Below are positions 29,670 to 44,752 of a stretch of DNA of 64,000 nucleotides, piece by piece. Under the pieces are notes generated by a model. It saw only the letters and a list, made by a program, of their open reading frames with translations. It was not told the DNA's origin and did not search any database. This DNA is from an uncultured Collinsella sp. Lineage in GTDB: Bacteria; Actinomycetota; Coriobacteriia; Coriobacteriales; Coriobacteriaceae. Within the stretch, counting starts at the first letter, position 1, and every line of letters starts with the position of its first letter. Position numbers and translations under genes: made by a program. The stretch lies in NCBI GenBank assembly GCA_958346515.1, contig CATVRV010000001.1:24193-88192 (forward strand), in the 5' to 3' direction.

Positions 29670-30116
29670 ATGAGCATCAATCGAGTGAACATCACCGGTA
29701 ACCTCACCCGCGATCCCGAGCTGCGAGCCACCGCCGGCGGAACCCAGGTTCTGTCCTTTGGCGTCGCCGTGAACGATCGTCGCCGCAACGCGCAGACTGG
29801 CGAGTGGGAGGACTATCCCAACTTTGTCGACTGCACCATGTTCGGCACCCGCGCCGAGGCCGTGAGCCGTTTCCTGGCAAAGGGAAACAAGGTCGCGATC
29901 GAGGGCAAGCTGCGCTACAGCTCTTGGGAGCGCGACGGCCAGCGCCGGAGCAAGCTTGAGGTCATCGTCGATGAGATCGAGTTTATGAGCTCCCGTGGTG
30001 GCCAGGGTGGCTACGATCAGGGCGGTTACGCCCCCGCAGCGCCCGCAGCACGTCCTGCCGCACCGGTGGCCACGCCGCCTGCGGTCGACGTCTACGATGA
30101 GGACATCCCGTTCTAA
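29670..30116 (+). CDS. ssb: Single-stranded DNA-binding protein
   Basis: OB-fold N-terminus (MSINRVNITGNLTRDPELR), a Gly/Pro/Ala-rich linker and the acidic tip DEDIPF. Confidence 0.95.
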   Translation: MSINRVNITGNLTRDPELRATAGGTQVLSFGVAVNDRRRNAQTGEWEDYPNFVDCTMFGTRAEAVSRFLAKGNKVAIEGKLRYSSWERDGQRRSKLEVIVDEIEFMSSRGGQGGYDQGGYAPAAPAARPAAPVATPPAVDVYDEDIPF

Positions 30117-30188
30117 GGGTTGTTCACCTATTTTTGAGTGAGAGGCGGCTTCGGTTCGCCGAAGTTGCCAAATGAAAGGTATTTTGAC

Positions 30189-30455
30189 ATGGCTAATGAT
30201 TTTTCTGCACGTCAGCCGCGTCGTAAGTACTGCCAGTTCTGCAAGGAGAACACTGAGTTCATCGACTATAAGGACACTCAGCTTCTCCGTAAGTACATGA
30301 CCGACCGTGGCAAGATCAAGCCCCGTCGCGTCACTGGCGCTTGCACGCAGCATCAGCATGACATCGCCAACGCCATCAAGCGCGCCCGCGAGATGGCTCT
30401 CCTGCCGTACACCGTCCCCGTGGTTTCCTCTCGTGGCAACCGCGACCGCGGCTAA
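30189..30455 (+). CDS. rpsR: 30S ribosomal protein S18
   Basis: [39 protein letters not shown] is the S18 signature. I trimmed the start to the ATG at 30189. Confidence 0.95.
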   Translation: MANDFSARQPRRKYCQFCKENTEFIDYKDTQLLRKYMTDRGKIKPRRVTGACTQHQHDIANAIKRAREMALLPYTVPVVSSRGNRDRG

Positions 30456-30470
30456 GAAGGGAGACGCATC

Positions 30471-31010
30471 ATGAAGGTTATTCTTCTCGATGAGATCAAG
30501 GGCAAGGGCGGCGAGGGTGACGTCGTAGAGGTCGCTCAGGGTTACGCTGAGAACTTCCTGTTCCCCAAGAAGCTCGCTGTTGCCGCCACCAAGGGCAACC
30601 TCAAGCAGCTTGACGAGCGTCGCAACAACATCGCCAAGCGCGAGGCCGTCCGTCTGGCTACCGCCAACGAGACCAAGGCTGCCTTCGAGGGCAAGACGGT
30701 CACCGTTGACGTCAAGGTCGGCGACGAGGGCATCCTCTTTGGCTCCGTTACCGCCGCTATGATCGCTGACGCCATCAAGGCTCAGCTCGGTATGGACATC
30801 GACCGCAAGCGCGTCGAGCTCGGTAAGCCCATCAAGGTTGCCGGTGCCCACACCGTTGCCATCTCGCTGTACCGCGAGATCAAGGCCGAGGTTGTCGTTC
30901 TCGTCGGCGTTACCGCCGAGGAGCTCGCTGCCGAGGCTGAGGTCGAGGAGGCCGCTGAGGTCGCCGAGGCCGAGACCGCCGAGGTCGAGACTGAGGCTGC
31001 TGCCGAGTAG
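30471..31010 (+). CDS. rplI: 50S ribosomal protein L9 with Ala/Glu-rich C-terminal extension
   Basis: MKVILLDEIKGKGGEGDVVEVAQGYAENFLFPKKLA is canonical L9. The last ~30 aa are an EA-rich tail. Confidence 0.95.
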   Translation: MKVILLDEIKGKGGEGDVVEVAQGYAENFLFPKKLAVAATKGNLKQLDERRNNIAKREAVRLATANETKAAFEGKTVTVDVKVGDEGILFGSVTAAMIADAIKAQLGMDIDRKRVELGKPIKVAGAHTVAISLYREIKAEVVVLVGVTAEELAAEAEVEEAAEVAEAETAEVETEAAAE

Positions 31011-31044
31011 CATTTGCTGCAACGCAACAATCTTGTTCTAAGAA

Positions 31045-31080
31045 GGGCGCTCTGGGAAACCAGGGCGCCCTTTTGTTTTT
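31045..31080 (+). terminator. Rho-independent terminator after rplI
   Basis: Stem gggcgctctgg / ccagggcgccc followed by TTTTGTTTTTT. Confidence 0.7.
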
Positions 31081-31222
31081 TGCGCTGAGTGAGTGTCATA
31101 GTGAACGTCGCGTCGAAGTCCTGTGTACAGGACCGTTCATCCGTTTGGTTCGGTGATGATTGGCCGCGTGCGGCGCGTTTTGGGACCGTGGCTGATACTA
31201 TGGATGCTCGCAAGCGATATGA

Positions 31223-32626
31223 ATGAGGATGCTCATGGCATATGACGATAGGGAGACCGGGCTGACGGTTGAGGACCGCGGCTCAAAGTTGGGTCTTCCC
31301 CAAAACCAAGATGCAGAGGCCAATGTACTGGCCGCTATGCTGCTATCGCCCGAGGTGGTCGAAGAGGCCCAGGTCGAGCTGCAGCCCGATGACTTCTACC
31401 GGCCCATTCATAAGACCATCTATACCGCGATGGTCGATATGTACAACAGCCGCATTCCCATCGACTCCATCTCGCTGATCGATTACCTGCGAAGCATCAA
31501 CAAGCTCGATGCCGTGGGCGGCGAAGCGTACATTTTGGAGTTGATGGGTCAGACCCTGTCGCTCGTCAACTGGCAGCACCATGCCGCCATCGTTCGCCGC
31601 GATTCGATGCTGCGTGAGCTGATCGGCGCCACCAACGAGATCAACGCGCTGGCATATAACGCCCCCACCGACACCAAAGAGGTCGTGGAGCTAGCCGAGA
31701 GCAAGCTGCTCAAGGTTACGGCGCGCGAGGTCAAGTCGAGCTACAAGACGCTGACCGAGTTTATGGTCGAGGCCTATAATGAGGCCGAGGAAGTGTGCCA
31801 GGCCGGTGGCCAGGCTGCGGGCGTGCCCACGGGCTTCCCGTCGCTCGACCGCATGCTCATGGGCTTCCGCGAGGGTCAGCTCATCATCATCGGCGCCCGT
31901 CCTGCTGTAGGTAAGACGTCGTTCGCTCTGAACCTGGCGCTCAACGCTGCCGCTGCTGGTTATACCGTCGGCTTCTTCTCGCTGGAGATGTCGGGTAAGG
32001 AAATTGCCCAGCGTCTGATTTGCGCCTATGCCATGATCTCGATCAGTGACTTCCGCATGGGTCGCATTAGCCCCGAGCAGTGGGCCAATATCAACGAGGC
32101 CACGCAGACCTTGTCCAAGCTCGATATTCTGATTGACGATACGCCCGGCACCACAGTGACCGAGATTCGCGCCAAGAGCCGCCGCATGCTCCATAACAAG
32201 GAGAAGGCAATCATCATCCTGGACTACCTGCAGCTGGTGAGTCCTCCGCCGGGACGCCGCTCCGAGAGCCGTACCGTCGAGGTTTCGGAGATGTCGCGTG
32301 GTCTGAAGATCATGGCCAAGGAGCTCAAGATTCCGCTCATCGCGCTGTCGCAGCTCTCGCGTCAGGTCGAATCCCGTACCGGCAAGCGTCCGCAGCTTTC
32401 CGACCTTCGTGAATCGGGCTCTATCGAGCAGGACGCCGATATCGTCATGTTCTTGGACCGCTCCGCCGACGAGGCCGAAGCCTCGCGCGACGATCGACCC
32501 GACGAGGGCGTTACGCGTATCGTCGTGGCCAAGAACCGTTCGGGCCCGATCGGCGACGTCGACCTGATGTTCCTGCCGGCATCCACCAAGTTCTATGAGC
32601 TTGATGGGGCACATGCCGAGGAGTAG
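31223..32626 (+). CDS. dnaB: Replicative DNA helicase DnaB
   Basis: 467-aa ORF with the N-terminal domain (PQNQDAEANVLAAML), Walker A GARPAVGKTSFALN and the RecA-like core (IIILDYLQL, ALSQLSR). An alternative start lies at 31235. Confidence 0.95.
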   Translation: MRMLMAYDDRETGLTVEDRGSKLGLPQNQDAEANVLAAMLLSPEVVEEAQVELQPDDFYRPIHKTIYTAMVDMYNSRIPIDSISLIDYLRSINKLDAVGGEAYILELMGQTLSLVNWQHHAAIVRRDSMLRELIGATNEINALAYNAPTDTKEVVELAESKLLKVTAREVKSSYKTLTEFMVEAYNEAEEVCQAGGQAAGVPTGFPSLDRMLMGFREGQLIIIGARPAVGKTSFALNLALNAAAAGYTVGFFSLEMSGKEIAQRLICAYAMISISDFRMGRISPEQWANINEATQTLSKLDILIDDTPGTTVTEIRAKSRRMLHNKEKAIIILDYLQLVSPPPGRRSESRTVEVSEMSRGLKIMAKELKIPLIALSQLSRQVESRTGKRPQLSDLRESGSIEQDADIVMFLDRSADEAEASRDDRPDEGVTRIVVAKNRSGPIGDVDLMFLPASTKFYELDGAHAEE

Positions 32627-32710
32627 GACAGGCGCCCGTTGCACGGGTATACTGGGAATGTTTTGTGCTTCTGCGTGCCGGCGTGGCGCGTAGACAGTCC
32701 ATGAATGTAA

Positions 32711-34006
<1,296 letters not shown>

Positions 34007-34124
34007 TCGGGACTATTTGGTTATTGCGATATACCCCTTTGCAGCCCGGATGGGCGGCCGAGGGGTATATTTGCTTGCAAAGGGCTCGCGCGGAGCGGGC
34101 CGTTCATCCATAGAGGAGGCACCC

Positions 34125-35429
<1,305 letters not shown>

Positions 35430-35441
35430 AATCCGAGAGGA

Positions 35442-36146
35442 ATGAGACGGATGGACGAGAAGAACGAAGAGCTCGTGGACGCGCAGATCGTCGAAGAGGA
35501 CAGCCGCGTGTATGGGCACGCCGAGGGCGAGCCTGGTGGCGAGGTCGCTGACGAGCCGGCGCTGGTGCTGGGCGATGACGACCCGCACGATGCCGAGCTG
35601 CACGAGAAGATTCTTTCGGAGGAGTGCGCCTGGAAGGGCAAGATCCTCGACGTCCACCGTCTTGAGGTTGAGCTGCCCAACGGTCGCCGCAGCGCCCGCG
35701 ATATCGTTCGCCATCCGGGTGCGGCGGCTGTTGTGGCACTGACCGAGAGCGGCAAGATCGTACTGGTGCGTCAGTACCGCACCGCCATCGACCGCGTGAC
35801 GGTCGAGATTCCCGCCGGCAAGCTCGATCCAGGCGAGGACCCGCTCGATTGCGCCAAGCGCGAGCTGCATGAGGAGACGGGCTTTAGGGCTGGTCGCATT
35901 CGCTTTTTGACGTCGATTGTCACGTCCTGTGGCTTCTGTGACGAGATCATTCACATCTACCTGGCCACCAAGCTCGAGTTCGATGCACCCAACCCCGATG
36001 ATGACGAGTTTGTCAACGTGGACCTCGTACCGCTGCACGAGCTGATCGACGCCGTGCTCGACGGCAAGATCGAAGACGCCAAGACCGTCGTGGGCGCCTT
36101 GGCCTGCGATAGCATCGCGCACCGCCTTGGGGGCACGGAGCTTTAA
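35442..36146 (+). CDS. NUDIX hydrolase (ADP-ribose pyrophosphatase-like)
   Basis: Nudix box GKLDPGEDPLDCAKRELHEETGF with an acidic N-terminal extension. Confidence 0.85.
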   Translation: MRRMDEKNEELVDAQIVEEDSRVYGHAEGEPGGEVADEPALVLGDDDPHDAELHEKILSEECAWKGKILDVHRLEVELPNGRRSARDIVRHPGAAAVVALTESGKIVLVRQYRTAIDRVTVEIPAGKLDPGEDPLDCAKRELHEETGFRAGRIRFLTSIVTSCGFCDEIIHIYLATKLEFDAPNPDDDEFVNVDLVPLHELIDAVLDGKIEDAKTVVGALACDSIAHRLGGTEL

Positions 36147-36228
36147 CGAGTGGGGATAGCCCTGGGACAAGTACTACTGATTGCTTTGTCCCAGGGCCTT
36201 ACGTTGCTGATATTTCTTTGAGGATCAC

Positions 36229-38001
36229 ATGCTGAAGAGGTTTCTTTCGTATTACAAGCCCCAGATGGGGCTTTTTGTTGCTGATACTGTTTGCGCTCTG
36301 GTGCTTGCTGCCATTGACCTTGCGTTTCCTATTATTCTGCGCAATTTGACCGGTGGGCTGTTTACCCAGGGCCAGGCTGCCATTATGCAGGCGCTCGGTA
36401 TGATCGCGGTGGGGCTGGTGCTGATGTATGCCGTTCGCTGCGCCTGCCGCTACTTTGTGAGCTACTGGGGCCACGTGATGGGTGCGCGCATGGAGTCCAA
36501 GATGCGCGAGGACCTGTTTGACCAGTACGAGCGCTTTAGCTTTGCGTACTTCGACCGCAACAGTTCGGGCGACATGATGAGCCGCGTGGTCAACGATCTG
36601 TTCGATATCTGCGAGGCGGCGCACCACGTGCCCGAGTGGATCATCATCTGCGGCATCGAGATTATTGGCTCGTTTGCGATCCTCTTTACCATCGCCCCGG
36701 TGCTGGCGCTCGCCATGGCCGTGGTGACGGCGGCTTTTGCGGTCATCATGTTTTGGCAGAACATGCGTATGCGCGAGGTTTTTAGCGACAACCGCAAAAA
36801 GATCAGCGGCATCAATGCGCAGCTGCAGGATTCGCTTGCGGGCATGCGCGTAGTCAAGAGCTTTGCCAACGAGGAGACCGAGCGCGCCAAGTTCCGTGCC
36901 TCTAACGATCGCTACCTTTCGTCCAAGGAGAACATGTATCACGCCATGGGCGTCTATACCGCGACGTATGGCCTGCTCTCGGGTGTGCTCTATGTGATCG
37001 TGGTGCTGCTGGGCGGCTGGCTGGTCGCCCAGGGACAGCTGCAGGCGGTCGATATGGCGACCTTTGCACTCTATATTTCGCTGTTCTGCACGCCGCTCGA
37101 GACGCTCGTCAATTCGGCCGAAACGTATCAGAAGGCTATCGCCGGCTTTAAACGTATGGACGAGGTGCTCTCGACCGCGCCGGATATCCAGGACAAGCCG
37201 GGCGCTACGGATCTGCAGGTGACTGCCGGCGCCGTGGAGTATCACGACGTGTGCTTTAACTACGAGGATGTCGAGCTGGGCGAGGGCTATGCCGACGAGC
37301 GTCCCGTTATCGACCATATGAATCTGTCCATCAAGCCCGGGCAGACCATCGCGCTGGTTGGCCCTTCGGGCGGTGGCAAGTCCACGACCTGTTCGCTGCT
37401 GCCGCGCTTTTATGACGTGGCTGCCGGATCCATTAGCATCGACGGCCAGGACGTGCGCGATGTGACGCAGCAGAGCCTGCGCCGCGCCATCGGCCTGGTG
37501 CAGCAGGATGTCTATCTATTTGACGGTACGATTGGCGAGAACATCGCCTACGGCAAGCCGGGCGCCACGGCAGAAGAGATCGCCGAGGCCGCCCGTCGCG
37601 CCAACATCGATGCCTTTATCGAGTCGCTTCCGCAGGGCTACGACACCGTGGTGGGCGAGCGCGGCAGCCGTCTTTCGGGCGGACAGAAGCAGCGCGTTGC
37701 CATCGCGCGCGTGTTTCTCAAGAACCCCAAGATCCTGATTTTGGACGAGGCGACGAGTGCTTTGGATAACGAGAGCGAGGAGGCGGTGCAGGAGTCACTC
37801 GAAGAGCTGGCACGCGGCCGCACCACGATTATTATCGCCCACCGTCTTTCGACCATTAAGCATGCCGATGAGATTGCGACCGTTGAGCATGGTCGCGTTG
37901 TGGAGCGTGGCACGCACGAGGAGCTTCTCGCCCGTGGCGGCACCTATGCCCGTTACTATCGAATGCAGTTCGAAGGTGCGCGTGCGCACGAGCTCGACTG
38001 A
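36229..38001 (+). CDS. ABC transporter, fused permease/ATP-binding exporter (MsbA/MdlB-like)
   Basis: 590-aa ORF with a six-TM N-terminal half, Walker A GPSGGGKST, signature LSGGQKQR and Walker B ILILDEATSALD. Confidence 0.9.
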   Translation: MLKRFLSYYKPQMGLFVADTVCALVLAAIDLAFPIILRNLTGGLFTQGQAAIMQALGMIAVGLVLMYAVRCACRYFVSYWGHVMGARMESKMREDLFDQYERFSFAYFDRNSSGDMMSRVVNDLFDICEAAHHVPEWIIICGIEIIGSFAILFTIAPVLALAMAVVTAAFAVIMFWQNMRMREVFSDNRKKISGINAQLQDSLAGMRVVKSFANEETERAKFRASNDRYLSSKENMYHAMGVYTATYGLLSGVLYVIVVLLGGWLVAQGQLQAVDMATFALYISLFCTPLETLVNSAETYQKAIAGFKRMDEVLSTAPDIQDKPGATDLQVTAGAVEYHDVCFNYEDVELGEGYADERPVIDHMNLSIKPGQTIALVGPSGGGKSTTCSLLPRFYDVAAGSISIDGQDVRDVTQQSLRRAIGLVQQDVYLFDGTIGENIAYGKPGATAEEIAEAARRANIDAFIESLPQGYDTVVGERGSRLSGGQKQRVAIARVFLKNPKILILDEATSALDNESEEAVQESLEELARGRTTIIIAHRLSTIKHADEIATVEHGRVVERGTHEELLARGGTYARYYRMQFEGARAHELD

Positions 38002-38020
38002 TTGATATGACAGGAAGTTT

Positions 38021-38986
38021 ATGGCTGACAAGAACCCTTTGACTCCGGAAGAAGTGACGGAGTTATTCTCCGAAATCGATGCATCCGGCGTCTTGGATCC
38101 CACGCTCGCCAAAAAGCGTACCGAGCGCATGCGTGAGAAGGAGGCTGCGGCCAAGCGCGGTGACAAAGCGGCGCTAGCGCAGCTGCGCAGCGAGGACCGC
38201 GCGAGCCAGGCAAAACATATCGACCCGCTGTCCGAGGACGATCCTTCGGGCTCGCAGGTGAGCCATACCATTACGAAGACCGCGATGGCCGTGGTCATCG
38301 GTATTTTGGTGCTGATCGTGGGCATGCAGATTGGCTACGGCGTGATGCGTCGTCTGAACACCGCCAACCTGTCCGAGAGCGTTTCGGTCGATACCGTTTC
38401 GACCGCGCTCAAGGGTGGACTTGAATGGGGCAACGGCTTTACGCAGTTCCCGCTCGACTTCACCGTCGATGAAGCCGATGAACGCACGGGCACGGTCGAG
38501 GTGACGGTGTTGGACACATCGTCTGCCAACGAGCTCGAGCTGCTGTCCAACGGGCAGATTCAGGCCGCGGCGCTTGCGACCAACGCGTTGCTCAACGATA
38601 AGATCGACCGCGTGGTGTATAACGTTCACGCCTATATCGACGAGGATAGCAACATTCAGCACGATTCCTTCTTTGGCATGTTCCCCGCGCGCGGCCACCA
38701 GAGCGCCATTTTGACGTTCGTGTGGACCAAGAGCTCATCCAACGCCACGAGTATCGACTGGAAGATGCGCATCGTGAGTATGGATGACACCATCGCCGAG
38801 CGCATTCAGAAGCAGGTGAACTCGGTGTCGTCGTTGATTGAGGACCCGGTGGTGAGCCAGACCAAGATTGACGAGGAAAAAGCCGAGCGCGATCTGGAGC
38901 ATCGTCTGCATGGCCGCGAGATTTTCCGTGGCGGCAAGCCCGATCGCACACCGTCCGAACTGCTGGAGCAGGACAAGAAAAAATAA
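38021..38986 (+). CDS. Hypothetical single-pass membrane protein
   Basis: 321-aa ORF with a charged N-terminus, one TM helix (AMAVVIGILVLIVGMQIGYGV), a ~170-aa unknown extracytoplasmic domain and a charged C-terminal tail. I recognised no family. Confidence 0.6.
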   Translation: MADKNPLTPEEVTELFSEIDASGVLDPTLAKKRTERMREKEAAAKRGDKAALAQLRSEDRASQAKHIDPLSEDDPSGSQVSHTITKTAMAVVIGILVLIVGMQIGYGVMRRLNTANLSESVSVDTVSTALKGGLEWGNGFTQFPLDFTVDEADERTGTVEVTVLDTSSANELELLSNGQIQAAALATNALLNDKIDRVVYNVHAYIDEDSNIQHDSFFGMFPARGHQSAILTFVWTKSSSNATSIDWKMRIVSMDDTIAERIQKQVNSVSSLIEDPVVSQTKIDEEKAERDLEHRLHGREIFRGGKPDRTPSELLEQDKKK

Positions 38987-38992
38987 GACGCC

Positions 38993-39033
38993 ATCATCCC
39001 GCGTGAGCCACAAGCCCCGCGGGATGATTTTTC
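38993..39033 (+). terminator. Rho-independent terminator
   Basis: Stem atcatcccgcg / cgcgggatgat followed by TTTTT. Confidence 0.65.
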
Positions 39034-39192
39034 TGGGACGGGGATTAAAAAACATTATGCATAGAAAGTCATAATTATCATTTCGTAAACATTTCGATGA
39101 AATTAACGCCATGAGGCATGCTTGCGGTTACAATACCGCGAGGCCTAACTACACACCTTTAAGCCGGTCCTGTGAGACCGGGAAGGAGAATT

Positions 39193-40698
39193 ATGGCGAA
39201 CAACCATACCGCGGGCGCTGCCGCCCGCACCTTCGCGCCCAGCGAGCTTTGCCAGCGTATGCTGGCCAAAACCAGCAAGGGCACCTGCGGTCCCTGCATC
39301 CTGTATCTTGAGGATGGGACCATTTTTTATGGACGTGCATGCGGCGCTGAGGGCACCGCGACCGGCGAAGTTTGCTTCAACACCTCGCTCGAGGGCTACT
39401 TTGAGGTCATGACCGACCCGAGTTATGCCGGCCAAATCGTAACCATGACCTATCCGCAGATCGGCAACTACGGTATCGACGAGACCGACGTCCAGTCGGC
39501 CTTCCCCGGCGACGCCGTGCGCCCTGCGAGCGCTCCGGCTATGCGCGGCATGATCGTTCGCGACATGTGCACCACGCCTTCTAACTGGCGCTCGGCCGTC
39601 AGCGTGCCGGAGTATCTGCGCGCCCACGGCATCGTCGCTATCGAGGGCGTCGACACCCGCGCTCTGGTGCGCCATCTGCGCGACAATGGTTCCAAGATGG
39701 GCATTATCTCGACCGAGATCTTCGACGTCGACGAGCTTGCCGAGCGTCTGGCCGCAGCGCCCACGCTGGTAGGCGAGAACCTGGTCAAGACCGTAAGTTG
39801 CCCCGTACCTCACGAGTTTGTGGCCGCCGATCTGCCTGCCACGCATGACTTTGCGCTTTCGGCTGCCGCTCCTGCCCGTCACAAAGTGGTCGCATACGAC
39901 TGCGGTGTGAAGCGCGGCATTCTGGAGGGGCTGGTCCGCGCCGGCTGCGACCTTACCGTCGTGCCGTGGGACACGCCTGCCCAGCAGGTGCTCGACATGA
40001 ATCCCGACGGCGTCTTTTTGTCCAATGGCCCCGGCGACCCCGACGCCGTGGTGGAGACCTACGAGCAGGTGCAGCAGCTGATCGGCAAGGTGCCGGTCTT
40101 TGGTATTTGTCTTGGTCACCAGATGATCAGCCTGGCCTGCGGCGCCCAGATGGAAAAGCTTAAGTTCGGTCACCGCGGTGGCAACCAGCCGGTTATGAAC
40201 CTGGTAAGCCGCCGTGTGGAGATCACCGCGCAAAACCATGGCTTTGGCCTGCTGTTCCCCAGCTTGGGCAAGCTTGTCTCCGAGCTTTCCGGCGGCGAGA
40301 CCGAGCATGCGGCCGATGGAGATCTGCGCGTCTGGGTGCGCCGCGGAATCGCGCCGGTCGTGATGAACGAGCGCTTTGGTCGCATTCGCCTGACACATGT
40401 GAACCTCAACGACGGCACCGCCGAGGGCATCCAGCTGCTCGACGCACCGTGCTTCTCGGTCCAGTACCACCCCGAGGCCTCGCCTGGCCCCACCGATGCC
40501 CACTATCTCTTTACCGCCTTTACGCGACTCATGGACGGCGAGGAGAACTACCTGGACATCGACACCGCGAAGGACCGCCTTGCCGGCTGGAATTTTGCCG
40601 ACGATGGTTCCGCCGTTCTACCGAACGGCGGACCGGTCGACGCTGCGGCTGCATCTGGCACATCATCTTGCCGCTCTGCTTCGGACGCGCGGGCATAA
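39193..40698 (+). CDS. carA: Carbamoyl-phosphate synthase small (glutaminase) subunit, with N- and C-terminal extensions
   Basis: LYLEDGTIFYG..G..G...GEVCFNTSLEGYFEVMTDPSYAGQIVTMTYPQIGNYG plus the GATase triad region (GICLGHQ, ..HPE). The ATG at 39193 lies 5 nt after GGAAGGAG. Confidence 0.93.
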   Translation: MANNHTAGAAARTFAPSELCQRMLAKTSKGTCGPCILYLEDGTIFYGRACGAEGTATGEVCFNTSLEGYFEVMTDPSYAGQIVTMTYPQIGNYGIDETDVQSAFPGDAVRPASAPAMRGMIVRDMCTTPSNWRSAVSVPEYLRAHGIVAIEGVDTRALVRHLRDNGSKMGIISTEIFDVDELAERLAAAPTLVGENLVKTVSCPVPHEFVAADLPATHDFALSAAAPARHKVVAYDCGVKRGILEGLVRAGCDLTVVPWDTPAQQVLDMNPDGVFLSNGPGDPDAVVETYEQVQQLIGKVPVFGICLGHQMISLACGAQMEKLKFGHRGGNQPVMNLVSRRVEITAQNHGFGLLFPSLGKLVSELSGGETEHAADGDLRVWVRRGIAPVVMNERFGRIRLTHVNLNDGTAEGIQLLDAPCFSVQYHPEASPGPTDAHYLFTAFTRLMDGEENYLDIDTAKDRLAGWNFADDGSAVLPNGGPVDAAAASGTSSCRSASDARA

Positions 40699-40796
40699 GC
40701 CCAGCGCGCCCTCGCATCACGGCAACCTGATGCACCAGCTGCACCCTCGCTGACTTTTCCAAAACATTGAGTCAGCCTCTCTAGGAGGTTTTAAAC

Positions 40797-44111
<3,315 letters not shown>

Positions 44112-44123
44112 GGTGACCTGTCC

Positions 44124-44208
44124 GGCCGGGGCGGGGGCCGAGTTTCCCCCTTCGCTCCGGCTGCAAGCAGAGTCGCTCAGTGGGAAACTCGGCTCCCCCG
44201 CCCCGGCC
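44124..44208. terminator. Long GC-rich hairpin after carB (possible terminator or island boundary)
   Basis: ggccggggcgggggccgagtttccc (44124-44148) pairs with gggaaactcggctcccccgccccggcc (44182-44208), with a 2-nt bulge. No clear T-tract follows. Confidence 0.5.
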
Positions 44209-44237
44209 TGCGGTGACTTGGTTGTGCCGTGTGCTGC

Positions 44238-44485
44238 AGAAGGGGCTTTGTGCGTCCGGTGGCAATCAGGGTTCCGGCAACGGTGGGCAGACATCCGGCG
44301 GTTCGAACGATGGCGCCCAGGCGGGAAAGCCCGCTGGTGACAAGGCTCAGGGTGGCAAGTCCGCTAACTCACTTGCGAGCACCGGTGATCAAACGGTGGC
44401 GACCGTCGCCGCGATCGGCGGCCTGGGTGCCGCGATCGCCGCAATCGGAGTCTTCCTTGCTCGTTTCCGCCGCAAGGAAGACTAG
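44238..44485 (+). pseudogene. Orphan 3' remnant of a wall-anchored surface protein gene (Gly-rich linker + LASTG sorting signal + TM + basic tail)
   Basis: The translation ...GNQGSGNGGQTSGGSNDGAQAGKPAGDKAQGGKSANSLASTGDQTVATVAAIGGLGAAIAAIGVFLARFRRKED aligns by eye with the last ~80 aa of the GH31 protein (53.8-54.07 kb). There is no signal peptide, catalytic part or RBS, and homology starts just after the carB hairpin. Confidence 0.7.
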
Positions 44486-44752
44486 CGCGAGCGATTGACA
44501 ATCGCACACGTTTCCCAAGAGGGCCGCGGTAACCGTCGCGGCCCTCACTTTACCGGAGCGGTCTGAGGACTCGCGTCTTTCGCTTCGGACTGCTGCGCAG
44601 GGTCAATCAGGCGGAGATCTCACCCGTGTCGGGTTTGCGATAGCTTGGCGAATATAATTACGCGAAATCTAGGATTTCTCAAAAACGCGAAGTAGATGAT
44701 ATATTGTACTTCGCGTTTTTCAGTTAATCTTAATTTTGCGAAGTGGATTGCC

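Noticed and set aside
29256-31022. 588-aa minus-strand ORF spanning rpsF-ssb-rpsR-rplI
   Set aside because: It runs antisense across four universally conserved genes and their spacers. Such a frame is not plausibly coding.
44180-44485. The 101-aa ORF as an intact small LPXTG-type surface peptide
   Set aside because: It has no signal peptide and no RBS. Its N-terminal third is read from the carB terminator hairpin, and only the last ~80 codons show homology to a real anchor module. It is better explained as a gene remnant.
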